In this document: one piece after another, positions 1-12,984 of the stretch | Position numbering within the stretch: position 1 is the first letter of the stretch | Layout of the letters: each line of letters begins with the position of its first letter | Assembly: GCA_030390025.1 (NCBI GenBank) | Contig: CM059432.1 | Coordinates: 130,698,001-130,762,000 of the forward strand | Source of the DNA: Squalus acanthias | Taxonomy: Eukaryota | Length of the DNA: 64,000 nt | Direction of reading: 5' to 3' | The notes under the pieces: model-generated | What the model was told of the DNA's origin: nothing | The model's input: the letters and a program-made list of their open reading frames with translations, nothing else | The model's database searches: none | Program-made: the position numbers and the translations under genes

Positions 1-125
1 ACCACACAGACAGCAGCGGTTCAAGAAGGCGGCTCACCACCAATTTCTCAAGGGCAATTAGGGATGGGCAATAAATGCTGGCCTTGCCAGCGACGCCCAC
101 ATCCCATAAACGAATTTTAAAAAAG
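1..125 (+). mobile_element. 3' end of CR1-group LINE (family B)
   Basis: Same tail (cagcggttcaagaaggcggctcaccaccac...gccttgccagcgacgcccacatccca + A-rich) as the copies ending at 9304, 11503 and 25540. Confidence 0.85.
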
Positions 126-169
126 CAATTGTCTTCCCATATCTCATCCACCATTCACATGTGACCTTT

Positions 170-420
170 GACAGTGAATGTTGGCAGCCTTGCCAACTGT
201 GGAAGGCATCACAGCCAAGCCTCATTCTGCCTCACCTGCTATACCTGTGTACTTCCAGCAGAGAGCACTGCATAGCAATCAGCAGCAGGAGTCCGATCTG
301 TTTTCGCCCTTTCCTGAACCAGGGACAGTGTAACTAATTCTAGCACCCCTATCACTGGTCTCGTTAACACACAGTAATTTTCAGATTCCCACTGATGCTC
401 TTTATTCTGGCCTCCAAACA
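170..420 (-). mobile_element. Ancient SINE fragment (AmnSINE2-like family)
   Basis: Diverged similarity by eye to 13740-14010 and 51470-52180; family name from memory of the consensus. Confidence 0.35.
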
Positions 421-850
421 GGGTGAATTCAGAGTACCAGTCGGCAAAACACACTGCACCAGTGCAATGTTCCCATTTCCAGCATTGTAACCTGTGCTAG
501 TTGTTTCTGCAGGAGTTCTGATACCTGAGTTGGAAACTGGCTTGAAGTTATGAGACTTACAATATGAAGCAGCTAAACTACTATCAGTAGAGATGGTGTA
601 TTCGCATCATTTTAACTGTGTGCCTATTCAGCTCTCTCACACGATTAAAGTAACTTCTCCAAGTCGGGAACTTGATGTCATCATGAACATTTACTGTTTA
701 AACCAACACATTCACTTGAGTGCCACAAGTACAGGTGAAGATTTGAGTCCTGCTCTGCTCATTTTCCAATCTGAGCTGCGCTGAGTAGGGAGGTGCCAAG
801 CAGAGACCAGGAATCAGAGGGTCATGTGTGGGTGGTCTCTGGCACCATGG

Positions 851-1178
851 GATGCCACCTGCCTCGGGATTGCCATCTGCCTCGAGATGCCACCTGCCTC
901 GAGATGCCACCTGCCTCGGGATTGCCACCTGCCTCGAGATGCCACCTGCCTCGAGATGCCACCTGTCTCGAGATGCCACCTGCCTCGGGATTGCCACCTG
1001 CCTCGAGATGCCACCTGCCTCGGGATTGCCACCTGCCTCGAGATGCCACCTGCCTCGGGATTGCCACCTGCCTCGAGATGCCACCTGCCTCGGGATTGCC
1101 ACCTGCCTCGAGATGCCACCTGCCTCGGGATTGCCACCTGCCTCGAGATGCCACCTGCCTCGGGATTGTCACTTGTCT
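851..1178. repeat. Minisatellite, 18 full units of 17/18 bp (GAT[T]GCCACCTGCCTCG[A/G]) with a 35-bp higher-order repeat
   Basis: Units counted directly; explains the six low-complexity ORFs at 698-1233. Confidence 0.97.
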
Positions 1179-1240
1179 ATTTTCTGATCCAAAAGCTCAT
1201 TTTTTGAGCAGGCTCTCTTTTTTAATACATTAGGCAATAA

Positions 1241-4065
1241 ATGTCTGCTCTTCTGGTATTTCTGACAATGGAGACCTGGCTCAAAAAAGGACAGGATTGG
1301 GTACTAAATATTCCTGGATATAAGGTGTTCAGGAAAGAAAAAAAAGGAGGTGGGGTGGCAGTATTGATTAAGGAGAATATTACAGTGTTGGAGAGAGAGG
1401 ATGTCCTGGAGGGGTCAAGGACAGAATCTATTTGGTTAGAGTTAAGTAACAATGGAGGTGCCATTACACTACTGGGTGTATTCTGTAGGCCACCAACTAG
1501 TGGGAAGCATATAGAGGAGCAAATTTGCAGGGAATTTACAGAGATGTGCAAGAACTATAGAGCAGTGAAAATGGGGGACTTCAGCTATCCTAATATAGAC
1601 AGGGATAGTAATAATGTAAAGGGCAGAGAGGGGGAAGAATTTCTGAAGTGTGTTCAGGAGAACTTCCTTGACCAGTACGTTTCCAGCCCAACGAGGAAGG
1701 AAGCATTGCTGGATCTGGTTCTGGGAATGAGGTGAGTCAAGTAGAGCAAATGTCAGTAGGGGAACATTAAGGGAACAGTGATCATAGTATTATAAGGTTT
1801 AGACAAGCTATGGAAAAGGACAGGAAGCAATCTAGAATGAAAATAATTAATTGGAGGCGGGCCAATTATATTTGGTTGAGAACAGATCTGGCCCAGGTAA
1901 ATTGGAATCAAAGATTGGCAGGCAAAACTGTAATCGAACAATGGGCTGCCTTTAAAGAGGAGATGATTCGGGTACAGTCAAGGTACATTCCCACAAGGGG
2001 GAAAGGTAGGGCAATGAAAGTCAGAGCTCCCTGGATGACAAAAAGAGATAGAGAAGCAAAAAAAGGGGGCATATGACAGATGTCAGGTTGAGAATACAAG
2101 TGAGAACCAGGTTGAATACAGAAAGTCCAGAGGGGAAGTGAAAAAGGAAATAAGAGGGGCAAAAAGAGATTATGAGAATAGATTGGCAGCTAACATAAAA
2201 GGGAATCCAAAAGTCTTCTATAGGCATATAAATAATAAACGGGTAGTAAGAGGAGGAGTGGGGCTGATTAGGGACCAAAATGGAGACCTATGCATGGAGG
2301 CAGAGTGTATGGCTGAGGTACTAAATAAGTACTTTGCACCTGTCTTTACCAAGGAAGAAGATGCTGCCAAAGTCATAGCGAAAGAGGAGGTAGTTGAGAT
2401 ACTGGATGGGATAAAAATAGATAAAGAGGAGGTACGAGAAAGGCTGGCTGTATTTAAAGTAGATAAGTCACCAGGACCAGATGGGATGCATCCTCAGATG
2501 CTGAGGGAAGTAAAAATGGAAATTGCAGAGGTACTGGCCATAATTTTCCAATCCTCCTTGGATACGGGGGGGTGCCAGAGGACTGGAGAATTGCAAATAT
2601 TACACCCTTGTTCAAAAAAGGGTGTAAGGGGTACAATTCTAAAGGGGGGCGGCGGGGGGTAAGGATAAACCCAACAATTACAGGCCAGTCAGTTTAACCT
2701 CGGTAGTGAGGAAGCTTTTAGAAATGATAATCCGGGACAAAATTAACAGTCACTTGGACAAGTGTGGATTAATTAAGGAAAGCCAGCATGGATTTGTTAA
2801 AGCCATATCGTGTTTAACTAACTTGATTGAGTTTTTTGATGAGATAACAGAGAGGGTTGATGAGGGCAATGCGGTTGATGTGGTGTACATGGACTTCCGA
2901 AAGGCGTTTGATATAATGCCACATAATAGGCTGGCCAGCAAAGTTGAAGCCCATGGAATAAATGGGACAGTGGCAGCATGGATACAAAATTGGTTAAGTG
3001 ACAGGAAACAGAGAGTAGTGGTGAACGGTTGTTTATCAGACTGGAGGAAGGTACACAGTGGTGTTCCCCAGGGGTCAGTACTAGGACCACTGCTTTTCGT
3101 GATATATATTAATTACTTGGACTTGGGTGTACAGGGCACAATTTCAAAATTTGCAGATGACCCAAAACTTGGAAGTATAGTAAACAGTGAGGAGGATAGT
3201 GATAGACTTCAAGAGGACATAGTCAGGCTGGTGGAATGGGCAGACACGTAGCAGATGAAATTTAACGCAGAAAAGTGCGAAGTGATACATTTTGGTAGGA
3301 AGATCGAGGAGAGGCAATATAAACTAAAGGGTACAATTCTAAAGGTGGTGCATGAACAGAGAAACCTGAGGATATGTGTGCACAAATTGTTGAAGGTGGC
3401 AGGGTAGGTTGAGAAAGCGGTTAAAAAAGCATACAGGATCCTGGGCTTCATAAATAGAGGCATAGAGTACTAAAGCAAGGAAGTTATGATGAACCTTTAT
3501 AAAAAACTGGTTCGGCCTGAACTGGAGTACTGTGTCCAATTCTGGGCACCGCACTTTAGGAAGGATGTGAAGGCCTTAGAGAGGGTTCAGAAAAGATTTA
3601 CGAGAATGATTCCAGGGATGAGGGACTTCAGTTACGTGGATAGACTGGAGAAGCTGGGGTTGTTCTCCTTAGCGCAGAGAAGGTTGAGCGGAGATTTGAT
3701 AGAGATGTTCAAAATCATGAGGGGTGTAGACAGAGTAGATAGAGAGAAACTGTTCCCATTGGTCGAGAACCAGAGGACACAGCTTTAAGGCGATAGGCAG
3801 GAAAACCAAAGGCGACATGAGGGAAAAGTTTTTTACGCAGCGAGTGGTTAGGATCGGGAACGCACTGCCTGAAAGGGTGGTGGAGTCAGACTCAATCGCG
3901 GCTTTCAAAAGGGAATTAGATAAGTAACTGAGGAAAAAAAATTGGCAGGGCCACTGGGAAAGGGCGGGGGAGTGGGACTAGCTGAAGTGCTCTTGTAGAG
4001 AGCCGCATGGACTCGACGGGCCGAATGGCCTCCTTTTGTGCTGTAACCATTCTATGATTCTATGA
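1241..4065 (+). mobile_element. CR1 LINE (HER1-like), 5'-truncated ORF2 pseudogene: APE endonuclease + reverse transcriptase
   Basis: ETWL..GGGVA, MGDFSYP, KSPGPDG, YMDFRKAFD, SGVPQGSVLGP, KFADD motifs broken by stops and frameshifts; ends in (ATTCTATG)n tail. Confidence 0.96.
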
Positions 4066-4464
4066 TCCAGCAGTTTTTAACCTCAGTTTAGGTCAGGGCC
4101 TGGTGTACCCAGGCACCGATTATCTTCCGAGTCATTCCGCCAGACTACCTCAGGAGTTAGGGCGGGCGTCCGCCACAATGGCCAAGGAAATTTGGCCCCA
4201 AAATACCTTTTCCCTAATGACCACCCCAGCCTCGTCCCCAGCTCATTCTCTGACTGCTTTGGATCTGACTAAAACTGCCTGTGCTACTGACATCTCCAAA
4301 CGGCTGGTTAGAGGTGTCTTTGACCAGAGTCTTGGAGAAGGCTGGATGCTTGCCCTTGTGGTTCCAGAAATCAGGCCAGCCAAACATTAAGGGGATGAAA
4401 ATACAACAATCAAAGTGGGAACATATTTGAATGCCCTATAAAAATCAATAAAATATTTGTCAGC

Positions 4465-4880
4465 CCGTGGCTCAGTTGGTAGCACTCTCGCCTCTGAGTC
4501 AAAAGATTGCGGGTTCAAGTCCTGCTCCAGAGACTGTGCCTCTCAGCACTGAGGGAGTGCTGCACTGTCGGAGGTGCCGTCTTCCAGATGAGACGTTAAA
4601 CAAAGACCCTGCCTGCTCTCCCGGGTGGACATAAAGGATCCCATGACACTATTTCGAAGATGAGCAGGGGGAGTTCTCCCCGGTGTCCTGGCCAATATTT
4701 GTCCCTCAAACAACATCACTAAAACAGATTATCTGGTCATTATCACATTGCTGTTTGTGGGAGCTTGCTGTGCGCAAATTGTCTGCTCTGTTTCCTGCAT
4801 TACAACAATGACTACACGTCAAAAAGTACTTAATTGGCTGTAAAGAGCTCTGGGATGTCCTGAGGTGGTGAAATGTGCTG
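4465..4880 (+). mobile_element. tRNA-derived DeuSINE (SacSINE1-like)
   Basis: A/B-box head (tggctcagttgg...ggttcaagtcc), Deu-like core (gctgcactgtcggaggtgccgtctt...gagacgttaaa), L2-type tail. Confidence 0.85.
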
Positions 4881-5087
4881 AATCCTAACTCCAAAAAACG
4901 GGTGGGTTGGGCTCGTGTCAGAGGTTAAAATGCAAAAATTCTGGAACATTCGATTTTTAACCACAAGTGGCTGAGTTTCGCAGGCCTCGAGAAACCCAGC
5001 TGCTTAAAGGAGGTGAGAAGGGCTGAATCCATAAGGTGAGTCTTCTTTTCGTTGTTCCTTTTGAGGAACTGTGTGAAGTAGTGGAAG

Positions 5088-5385
5088 GATTCGCAGTCTG
5101 ACTGGCCGTGTTAACTCTTCTTCCATGGCCGTAACCATCTTTACCCCAGCCAATAGGGTGGGTAGTCCTATATGGCAGGAGAGTTTTATGGGCTCCCACA
5201 ACCCATACAATGACAGGGGGGGCCACCCACACCCACCGGATGTGAGTATCCTGCTGGATGTCAACGCAGAATTCAAATCTGGAGCTCCGATTCCATTCGC
5301 TAGGACTGTCTGGAGTGGGGTTCGAACGCTGCACCTTCTGATTCAAGAGGCAGGAATGCTCCCACTGTGCCAAAGACTCGCTCCT
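5088..5385 (-). mobile_element. tRNA-headed SINE with a body unlike other SINEs in the window
   Basis: Minus strand reads tggcacagtggg (A box)...gttcgaacc (B box), followed by about 230 bp not seen elsewhere here. Confidence 0.55.
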
Positions 5386-5489
5386 CGTAAGGTGACTGCC
5401 TCTACAGCACTGCTTGTGAGCCAGGAGGAGCAGGAATATTTCCTTCACGCCCAGATAGCTACCCAGTAAACCCTCTCCACCCCCACAAT

Positions 5490-5815
5490 CTGTCTATACC
5501 CCCCTGCCACCATCTGCCCCCAATTCCGACCACTATCTGCCCCCGGACCACCATCAGACTACCCCTACAATCGGGACCCCTCAGACCACTATCGGACCTC
5601 CCCCCCCCCTACAATTGAGATCCCCCAGACCACCATCGGACCCCCCCCCCACAATCGGGACGCCCCCAGACCACTATCAGAACCCTCCACCGCGTAATCG
5701 GGTCGCCCCCGCAAGACCACCATCGGACCCCACCCACCCTGCGATCTGGAAACTCCACCGCAATCTGGAACCCTCCCCTCACGATCCAGAACCCACACCA
5801 CAATCCAGACCCCCC
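5490..5815. repeat. Degenerate C-rich tandem repeat (~40 bp unit)
   Basis: Recurring cagaccac(c/t)atcggacccccc...acaatcgggac. Confidence 0.7.
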
Positions 5816-6190
5816 TCTCTCACTCCCCCAATACACAGGCTTGTGAAGCAGGCTTACCGCCCAAAAGGCCTCCAGCCTGTCAGTCAGACTGCCTGTGGGC
5901 GGGAACCCCACTTAAAGGGGCCCTGTAGTTAAATTCTGGAGGACATTCGGGAAACTCATTCTTCCGGATTTTCTGACCTCACAGAACTCGCCTCCAGGCT
6001 AAAATTCAGGCCAAAGTGTTAAAATACAGAACTATTTGGCCCAGATTTTGCGGTGGTAATAACTGCGAAACTGTCACCATTCGCCTTCATTACTCCTCTG
6101 AAACTGACAGGAAGTTCAGGATTTAGCGCTTGCGCAGATAAACACGGGAATCCAGAAGTTGCAGTCAGTCGTTCCCTGCTCCACCACAGG

Positions 6191-9100
6191 TCCTGTTGAT
6201 TACCACCTACCGCCCTCTCTCAGTTGATGAATCAGTACTCCTCCATGTTGAACACCACTTTGAAGAAGCACTGAGGGTAGCAAGGGCACAGAATATACTC
6301 TGGGTGGGGGACTTCAATGTCCATCACCAAGAGTGGCTCGGTAGCACCACTACTGACCAAGCTGGCCGAGTCCTGAAGGACATAGCTGCCAGACTGAGCT
6401 TGCAGCAGGTGGTGAGAGAACCAACACGAGGGAAAAACCTACTTGACCTCGCCCTCACCAATCTACCTGTCACAGATGCATCTGTCCATGACAGCATTGG
6501 TAACAGTGGCCACCGCATAGTCCTTGTGGAGACGAAGTCCCGTCTTCACACTGAGGACACCCTCCATTGTGTTGTGTGGCACTAAATGGGATAGATTCAG
6601 AATAGACCTAGCAGCTCAAAACTGGGCCATCAGCAACAGCAGAATTGTATACCACAACAATTTGTAACCTCATGGCCTGGCATATCCCTCACTCTACCAT
6701 TACCATCAACCCAGGGGACCAACCTTGGTTCAATGAGGAGTGTAGAAGTGCCAACCTGGTAAAGCTACAACACAGGACTACATGCATGCTAAACAGCGGA
6801 AGCAGTATGCTACAGGCAGAGCTAAGTGATCCACAACCAACGGATCAGATCAAAGCTCTGTAGTCCTGACATATCCAGCCATGAATAGTGGTGGAAAATT
6901 AAACAACTAACGGGAAGAGGAGGCTCCATGAATATTTCCATCCTCAATGATGGTGGACCCCAGCACATGAGTGCAAAAGACAAGGCGTTTGCAACCATCT
7001 TCAACCAGAAGTGCCAAGTGGGTGATCCATCTCGGCCTCCTCCTGAGGTCCCCACCATCACAGTCTTCAGCCAACTTGATTCACTCCACGTGATATCAAG
7101 AAACGGCTGAGCACACTGAATACAGCATAGGCTATGGGTCCTGACAACATCCCAGCTGTAGTACTTAAGACTTGTGATCCAGAACTTGGCGCGCCTCTAG
7201 CCAAGCTGTTCCAGTACAGCTACAACACTGGCATCTACCCGACAGTGTGGAAAATTGCCCAGGTATGTCCTTTCCACAAAAGCAGGACAAATCCAATCCG
7301 GCCAATTACCATCCCATCAGCCTACTCTCAAACATCAGCAAAATGATAGAAGGTGTCATCGACAATGTTATTAAGTGGCAGTACTCAGCAATAACCTGCT
7401 CACCAATGTTCAGTTTGGGTTCCACCGGGACCACTTGGCTCGAGACCTCATTACAGCCTTGGCCCAAACTTGGACAAAAGAGCTGAATTGTAGAGGTGAG
7501 GTGAGAGTGACTACCCTTGACATCAAGGCAACATTTGACCCAGTGTGGCATCAAGGAGCCCTAGTAAAATTGAAGTCAATGGGAATCAGGGAGAAAACTC
7601 TCCACTGGTTGGAGTAAGACCTAGCACAAAGGAAGATGGTTGTGGTTGTTGGAGGCCAATCATCTCAGCTCCAGGATATCGCTGCAGGAGTTCCTCAGGG
7701 CAGTGTCCTAGGCCCAACCATCTTCAGCTGCTTCATCAATGAATTTCCCCCAATCATAAAGTCAGAAATGGGGATGTTCGCTGATGATTGCAGTGTTCAA
7801 CAACAACAACAACAACAACTTGTATTTATACAGCGCCTTTAATGTAGTAAAACATCCCAAGGTGCTTCACAGGAGTGTTATAAGACAAAAAAATTTGACA
7901 CTGAGCCACATAAGGAGAAATTAGGGTAGGTGACCAATAGCTTGGTCAAAGAGGTAGGTTTTAAGAAGCGTCTTAAAAGAGGAAGGAGAGGTAGAGAGAC
8001 GGAGAGGTTTAGGAGGGATTTGAAAACAAGGATGAGAATTTAAAAATTGAGGTGTTGCTTAACCGGGAGCCAATGTAGGTCAGCGAGCATAGGGTGATGG
8101 GTGAACGGGACTTGGTGCGAGTTAGGATACGGGCAGCAGAGTTTTGGATCACCTCAAGTTTACATAGGGTAGAATGTGGGAGGCCAACCAGGAGTGCATT
8201 GGAATAGTCAAGTCTAGAGGTAACAAAGGTATGGATGAGGGTTTCAGCAGCGGATGAGCTGAGGCAGGGGCGGAGACGGGCGATGTTACGGAGGTGGAAG
8301 TAGGCGGTCTTAGTGATGCTGCGGATATGTGGTCGGAAGCTCATTTTAGGGTCAAATATGACACCAAGGTTGTGAACAGTGTGGTTCAGCCTCAGACAGA
8401 TGTTAGGGAGAGGGATAGAGTCAGTGGTTAGAGTTCTATTCGCAAATCCTCGGATAATGAAGCAGTCCATGACCGCATGCTGCAAGACCTGGACAACATT
8501 CAGGCTTGGGCTGACAAGTTTCAAGTAAAGTTCGCGCCACACAAGTGACAGGCAATGACCATCCCCAACGAGTGTCTAGCTACCGCCCCTTGACATTCAA
8601 CAGCATTACCATCACCGAAACCCACACCATCAACATCCTGGGGGGTCACCATTGACCAGTAACTTAACTGGACCAGCCACATAAATACTGTGGCTACAAG
8701 AGCAGGTCAGAGGCTGGGTATTCTGCAGTGAGTGACTCACCTCCTGACTCGCCAAAGCCTTTCCACCATCTACAAGGCACAAGTCAGGAGTGTGATGGAA
8801 TACTCTCCACTTGCCTGGATGAGTGCAGCTCCAACAACACTCAAGTAGCTCAACACCATCCACGACAAATCAGCCCGCTTGATTGGCACCCCATCCACCA
8901 CCTTAAACATTCACTCCCTCCACCACCGGTGTACCGTGGCTGCAGTGTGTACCATCTACAAGATGCACTGCAGCAACTCACCAAGGCTTCTTCGACAGCA
9001 CCTCCCAAACCCGTGACCTCTACCACCTAGAAGGGCAGCAGGCGCATGGGAACACTACCACCTCCAAGTTCCCCTCCAAGTCATGTATCATCCTGACTTG

Positions 9101-9304
9101 GAATTATATCGGCGTTCCTTCATTGTCGCTGGGTCAAAATCCTGGAACTCCGTTCCTAACAGCACTATGGGAGTACCTTCATCTCATGGACCGCAGCGGT
9201 ACAAGAAGGCAGCTCACCACCACCTTCTCAAGGGAAATTAGGAATGGGCAATAAATGGTGGCCTTGCCAGCGACGTCCACATCCCATGAATGAATAATAA
9301 AAAA
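6191..9304 (+). mobile_element. CR1-group LINE family B, degenerate ORF2 (endonuclease + RT)
   Basis: WVGDFNVHH, MGPDNIP..LKTC, NYHPISLL, LDIKATFD, GVPQGSVLGP, FADD; A-rich 3' tail. Confidence 0.93.
7798..8432 (-). mobile_element. L2 LINE 3' fragment nested in the family B LINE
   Basis: ORF 8009-8542: HNLGVIFD...AYFHLRNIARLR...SRLDYSNALL; (CAA)n tail at ~7798-7818. Confidence 0.92.
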
Positions 9305-10639
9305 GGTTGCGCTGTGGAACACCCCAGAATAGGCAATCAATTGAAATCACACTTAAGGATGAAAACTTCCCCTATTACGCTGGACTATCTTTGTTAAACC
9401 GCGTTCCCACGCCCCCCAGCGCCCCCCCCCCACCCCACCCCACCACCCCCCCATGCCCCAACCACCTCCCAAAAAAGTTAAGCCTTGTTGAACGAGGTGT
9501 AGCTGGGTTTTTAACGGCGTATTGACTGTTGAACAACTGTTCTGGCCCTGAGAAACTAATTTTATATTTGTGGTATATCAAATTTTTCCATTAATATGAT
9601 TAAGAATGACATGGTTTTTAAAATAATCATGTTTTTTTTAAGTTTGTTTTTGATATTTCAGCTTCTATCTTGTGTATGTCCCAATCTTTATTTCGTTCTC
9701 TGTAAAGTTTATAAGAAGTAAATTAGAATCTGTGCATTTTACTTCCTGGTTTGCTGTCTGTGAGAATTCTTCAATGTGATTGGCTGCTTATCCTGCTTGA
9801 TGACATCACTGTTGCTGGGCACTGGAGATTCGCTTGATTTGGCGCCAGATTCAAACAAAGGTCAGGAGAGCTGAAATTCAGGCCACAGAGATCGCTAGAT
9901 CTTTGTAGGCAGCTTTCTTTGAGGTCAGCAGTGAGCGCCGTCGCTTCGCTGCTGACTGCAAATTCCAGGCCATTATGTTCTTTTTGAAGTGACCTTTCTG
10001 TGCAAGCAAGTATTTCATATTCTCATCATACTTTTTTCAAGTTTACTGAACAATTTTCTCACTCAATGTATGTTTCAGGTGAATTCTTTTCATCTTTTTT
10101 CACTAAAACCATTGCAAATGGAACATAAGCACATATCTTATCATGCATGTGGATCAACCCTGAATCATTCATTAATGCTGGGACCTTCAAAGTGTAAAGC
10201 TCAGCAGATCTCGCTGTAACCAAGCTCAATGTTGGATAACCTTCCATCATAATAAGTCTGAGAGATTAGGAGCAGCATTACCGAGGATAGACCATCCTTC
10301 ACTAATCCCTGTACAGTGATCACATCCTCTGAATTGGTTTCTTACCTTATATATTACACTCTCGCTGAGTAGATGATGAATTTTCTACAACTTTTGATAC
10401 ACTTGAGAGGAGATCATTTAAAGCATGCTTCAGTGCAAAAGTATTTTATTTGCAGAAATGTCATTTCCTATTTGTAAAATAGGACAGTTTAAGACTACTG
10501 AAAAGCTCAGGGAATTGTATTTATGTTGGCTAGATTTTCATAAATGCAAAATTAAGAAACAAATATTTTCAACAGAAAGAGTAAGGGTCGGGATTAAAAA
10601 GAAAAATACGTGTAATAAATTTAATACAAACACGGTTCC

Positions 10640-10935
10640 ACAGATATCTTTCCTGAAGTGTGGTGCCCAGAATTGTCCACAATACTCCAGCTGAGGCCTA
10701 ACCAGTTTATTTCTTTGCTTTTATATTCTATGCCTCTATTTATAAACCCAAGTAACCCGTATGCTTTTTTTAAACCACCTTTTTTTTTAACAAATTGCCC
10801 AGCCACCTTTAAGGATTTGTGTATATGGACACCAAGGTCTCTCTGCTCAGCTACACTATTCAACATTGTGCTATTTACAGTACACTGTCTTTCCATATTA
10901 GTCTCCCCAAAGTGCATCACTTCACACTTCTCTGC
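10640..10935 (-). mobile_element. CR1 LINE internal fragment
   Basis: AEKCEVMHFG...QRDLGV...LGFINRGIEYKSKE. Confidence 0.85.
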
Positions 10936-11502
10936 ATATATACCGCCTCCCATGACCTCAGGACGTCCCAAAGCGCTTTACAGCCAATTAAGTATTTTAT
11001 TTACAGTATAACTGAAGTGTGAGTATATTGTATTATTACATGTTTCAAGCACTTATGATGTTTGGTCTATCCAATAATATTATTTCATTTTCATAAGCAA
11101 ATCTTCTTGGTTGTTAGTTTGTAACAAAAAAAATCCTTCCCTAAGCCATTTAGAAGCTGAAATGCTTCTTTCCGTGGAAATTGCAAAACAGACCCTTTTT
11201 ACGACGCCCAAGATTGTGGCCATTTTGAGAAGAATTTTTTTTTCCCCTCAAGTTCCCGCTCAAACTCATTTGGATATCGCCAAATGCCAAATCTGCCATG
11301 AAACAGCGTTTTAAGACGTAATTTTTTAAAAATTGCTTTGAAAAATATTCCTTGATATATTTAAGAGTGGTAACCTGGTGCAGTTTGATTAATACAGCCG
11401 AAAATGGGTTTATCACAAAAAATAAGCATTTTTAATCAGTGTCAATCCACCACCTGTGAGTAACCCGATCCTAAATTACTGAAAATGACTTAAAAAAAAA
11501 CA

Positions 11503-12492
11503 TATTTTTTTTTAATTCATTTATGGGATGCAGGCGTCGCTGGCAAGGCCAGCATTTATTGCCCATCCATAATTGCCCTTGAGAAGGTGGTGGTGAGCCA
11601 CCTTCTTGAACCGTTGCAATCCGTGTGGTGAAGGTACTCCCACAATGCTGTTAGGGAGGGAGTTCCAGGATTTTGACCTAGCGACGATGAAGGATCGGCG
11701 ATATATTTCCAAGTCAGGATGGTGTGTGACTTGGAGGGGAACTTGGAGGTGGTGGTGCTCCCATGCGCCTGCTGCCCTTATCCTTCTAGGTAGAAGAGGT
11801 CATGGGTTTGGGGGGTGCTGTCGAAGAAGCCTTGGCGAATTGCTGCAGTGCATCTTGTAGATGGTACACACTGCAGCCACGGTACGCCGGTGGTGGAGGG
11901 ACTGAATGTTTAAGGTGGTGGATGGGGTGCCAATCAAGCGGGCTGCTTTGTCCTGGATGGTGTCGAGCTTCTTGAGTGTTGTTGGAGCTGCACTCATCCA
12001 GGCAAGTGGAGAGCATTCCATCACACTCCTTACTTGTGCCCTGTAGATGGTGGAAAGGCTTTGGGGAGTCAGGAGGTGAGACACTCGCCACAGAATACCT
12101 AGCCTCTGACCTGCTCTTGTCGCCACAGTATTTATGTGGCTGGTCCAGTTAAGTTTCTGGTCAATGGTGACCCCCAGGATGTTGATGGTGGGGGATTCGG
12201 CGATGGTAATACCATTGAATGTCAAGGGGCAGTGGTTAGACTCTCGCTTGTTGCAGATAGTCATTGCTTGGCACTTCTGTGGCGCGAATGTTACCTGACA
12301 CTTATCAGCACAAGCCTGAACGTCATCCAGGTGTTGTTGCATGTGGGCATGGACTGCTTCATTATCTGAGGAGTTGTGAATGGCGCTGAACACTGTGCAG
12401 TCATCAGCGAATATCCCCATTTCTGACCTTATGTTGGAGGGAAGGTCATTGATGAAGCAGCTGAAGATGGTTGGGCCTAGGACACTGCCCTG
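11503..12492 (-). mobile_element. CR1-group LINE family B, 3' 1 kb
   Basis: ORF 11800-12420 GIFADD...; complete 3' tail with poly(A). Confidence 0.93.
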
Positions 12493-12984
12493 TCCTACAG
12501 AACCATTTTCCAGTTATATTGGTGTACAGTAGCCAGTTTCTTAGTAAATCAAAAAAAGTTAAATTCAAAAGCTTTTAATTAACCTAGGGGCATGACCAGC
12601 CTTGTGGGCAGGGCCTGCTTTTAGCGCAATGCTTTTTAAACTAGCGCAAATGATTGTGGAAACTCTACTTATGCCTAACTTGCGCTTAAAATTCTGTGGT
12701 CTTTTGCGCCGGTTATGCCGATTTCTGGCGATGTGCGCCGAAAGAAACAGCGCAACCTAGCAGAAACTCTAACCCAGTGCATGTAGGATAGGAGGCTGGC
12801 AAGGAGAACATTAGAATAGTTGAGCCTGGAGGTGACAAAGACATGGAGTTGTCACACGCAGAGTGATATCTCTCTGGCCTTATTATAGATTTAATTTCTG
12901 CTCTGTTGTAATCCTTGCTGCCAATTGTAATTTGTGCTCCATGGAATTAATAGATTTCAAGTTGACTTAACATAGAAAACATAC

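Larger units (their letters stand above)
6038..9971. mobile_element. Non-autonomous DNA transposon (Harbinger-like MITE) split by nested LINEs
   Basis: Imperfect TIRs GGCCCAGATTTTGCGGT / ACTGCAAATTCCAGGCC; the LINE interrupts it at ~6190-9304. Confidence 0.5.

Noticed and set aside
851..1178. CRISPR-like array or repeat-protein ORFs
   Set aside because: Units are contiguous with no unique spacers, the context is eukaryotic, and ORFs open on both strands only because the unit lacks stops
1241..4065. Active LINE or host RT gene
   Set aside because: 5'-truncated, with many stops and frameshifts
4465..4530. Additional tRNA genes (also ~33820, 55470, 58035)
   Set aside because: These are SINE heads with A/B boxes but no full cloverleaf
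10345..10467. Minus-strand exon-like segment with AG|GTAAG donor
   Set aside because: All three frames contain stops and no partner exons were found; it could be non-coding but is unsupported
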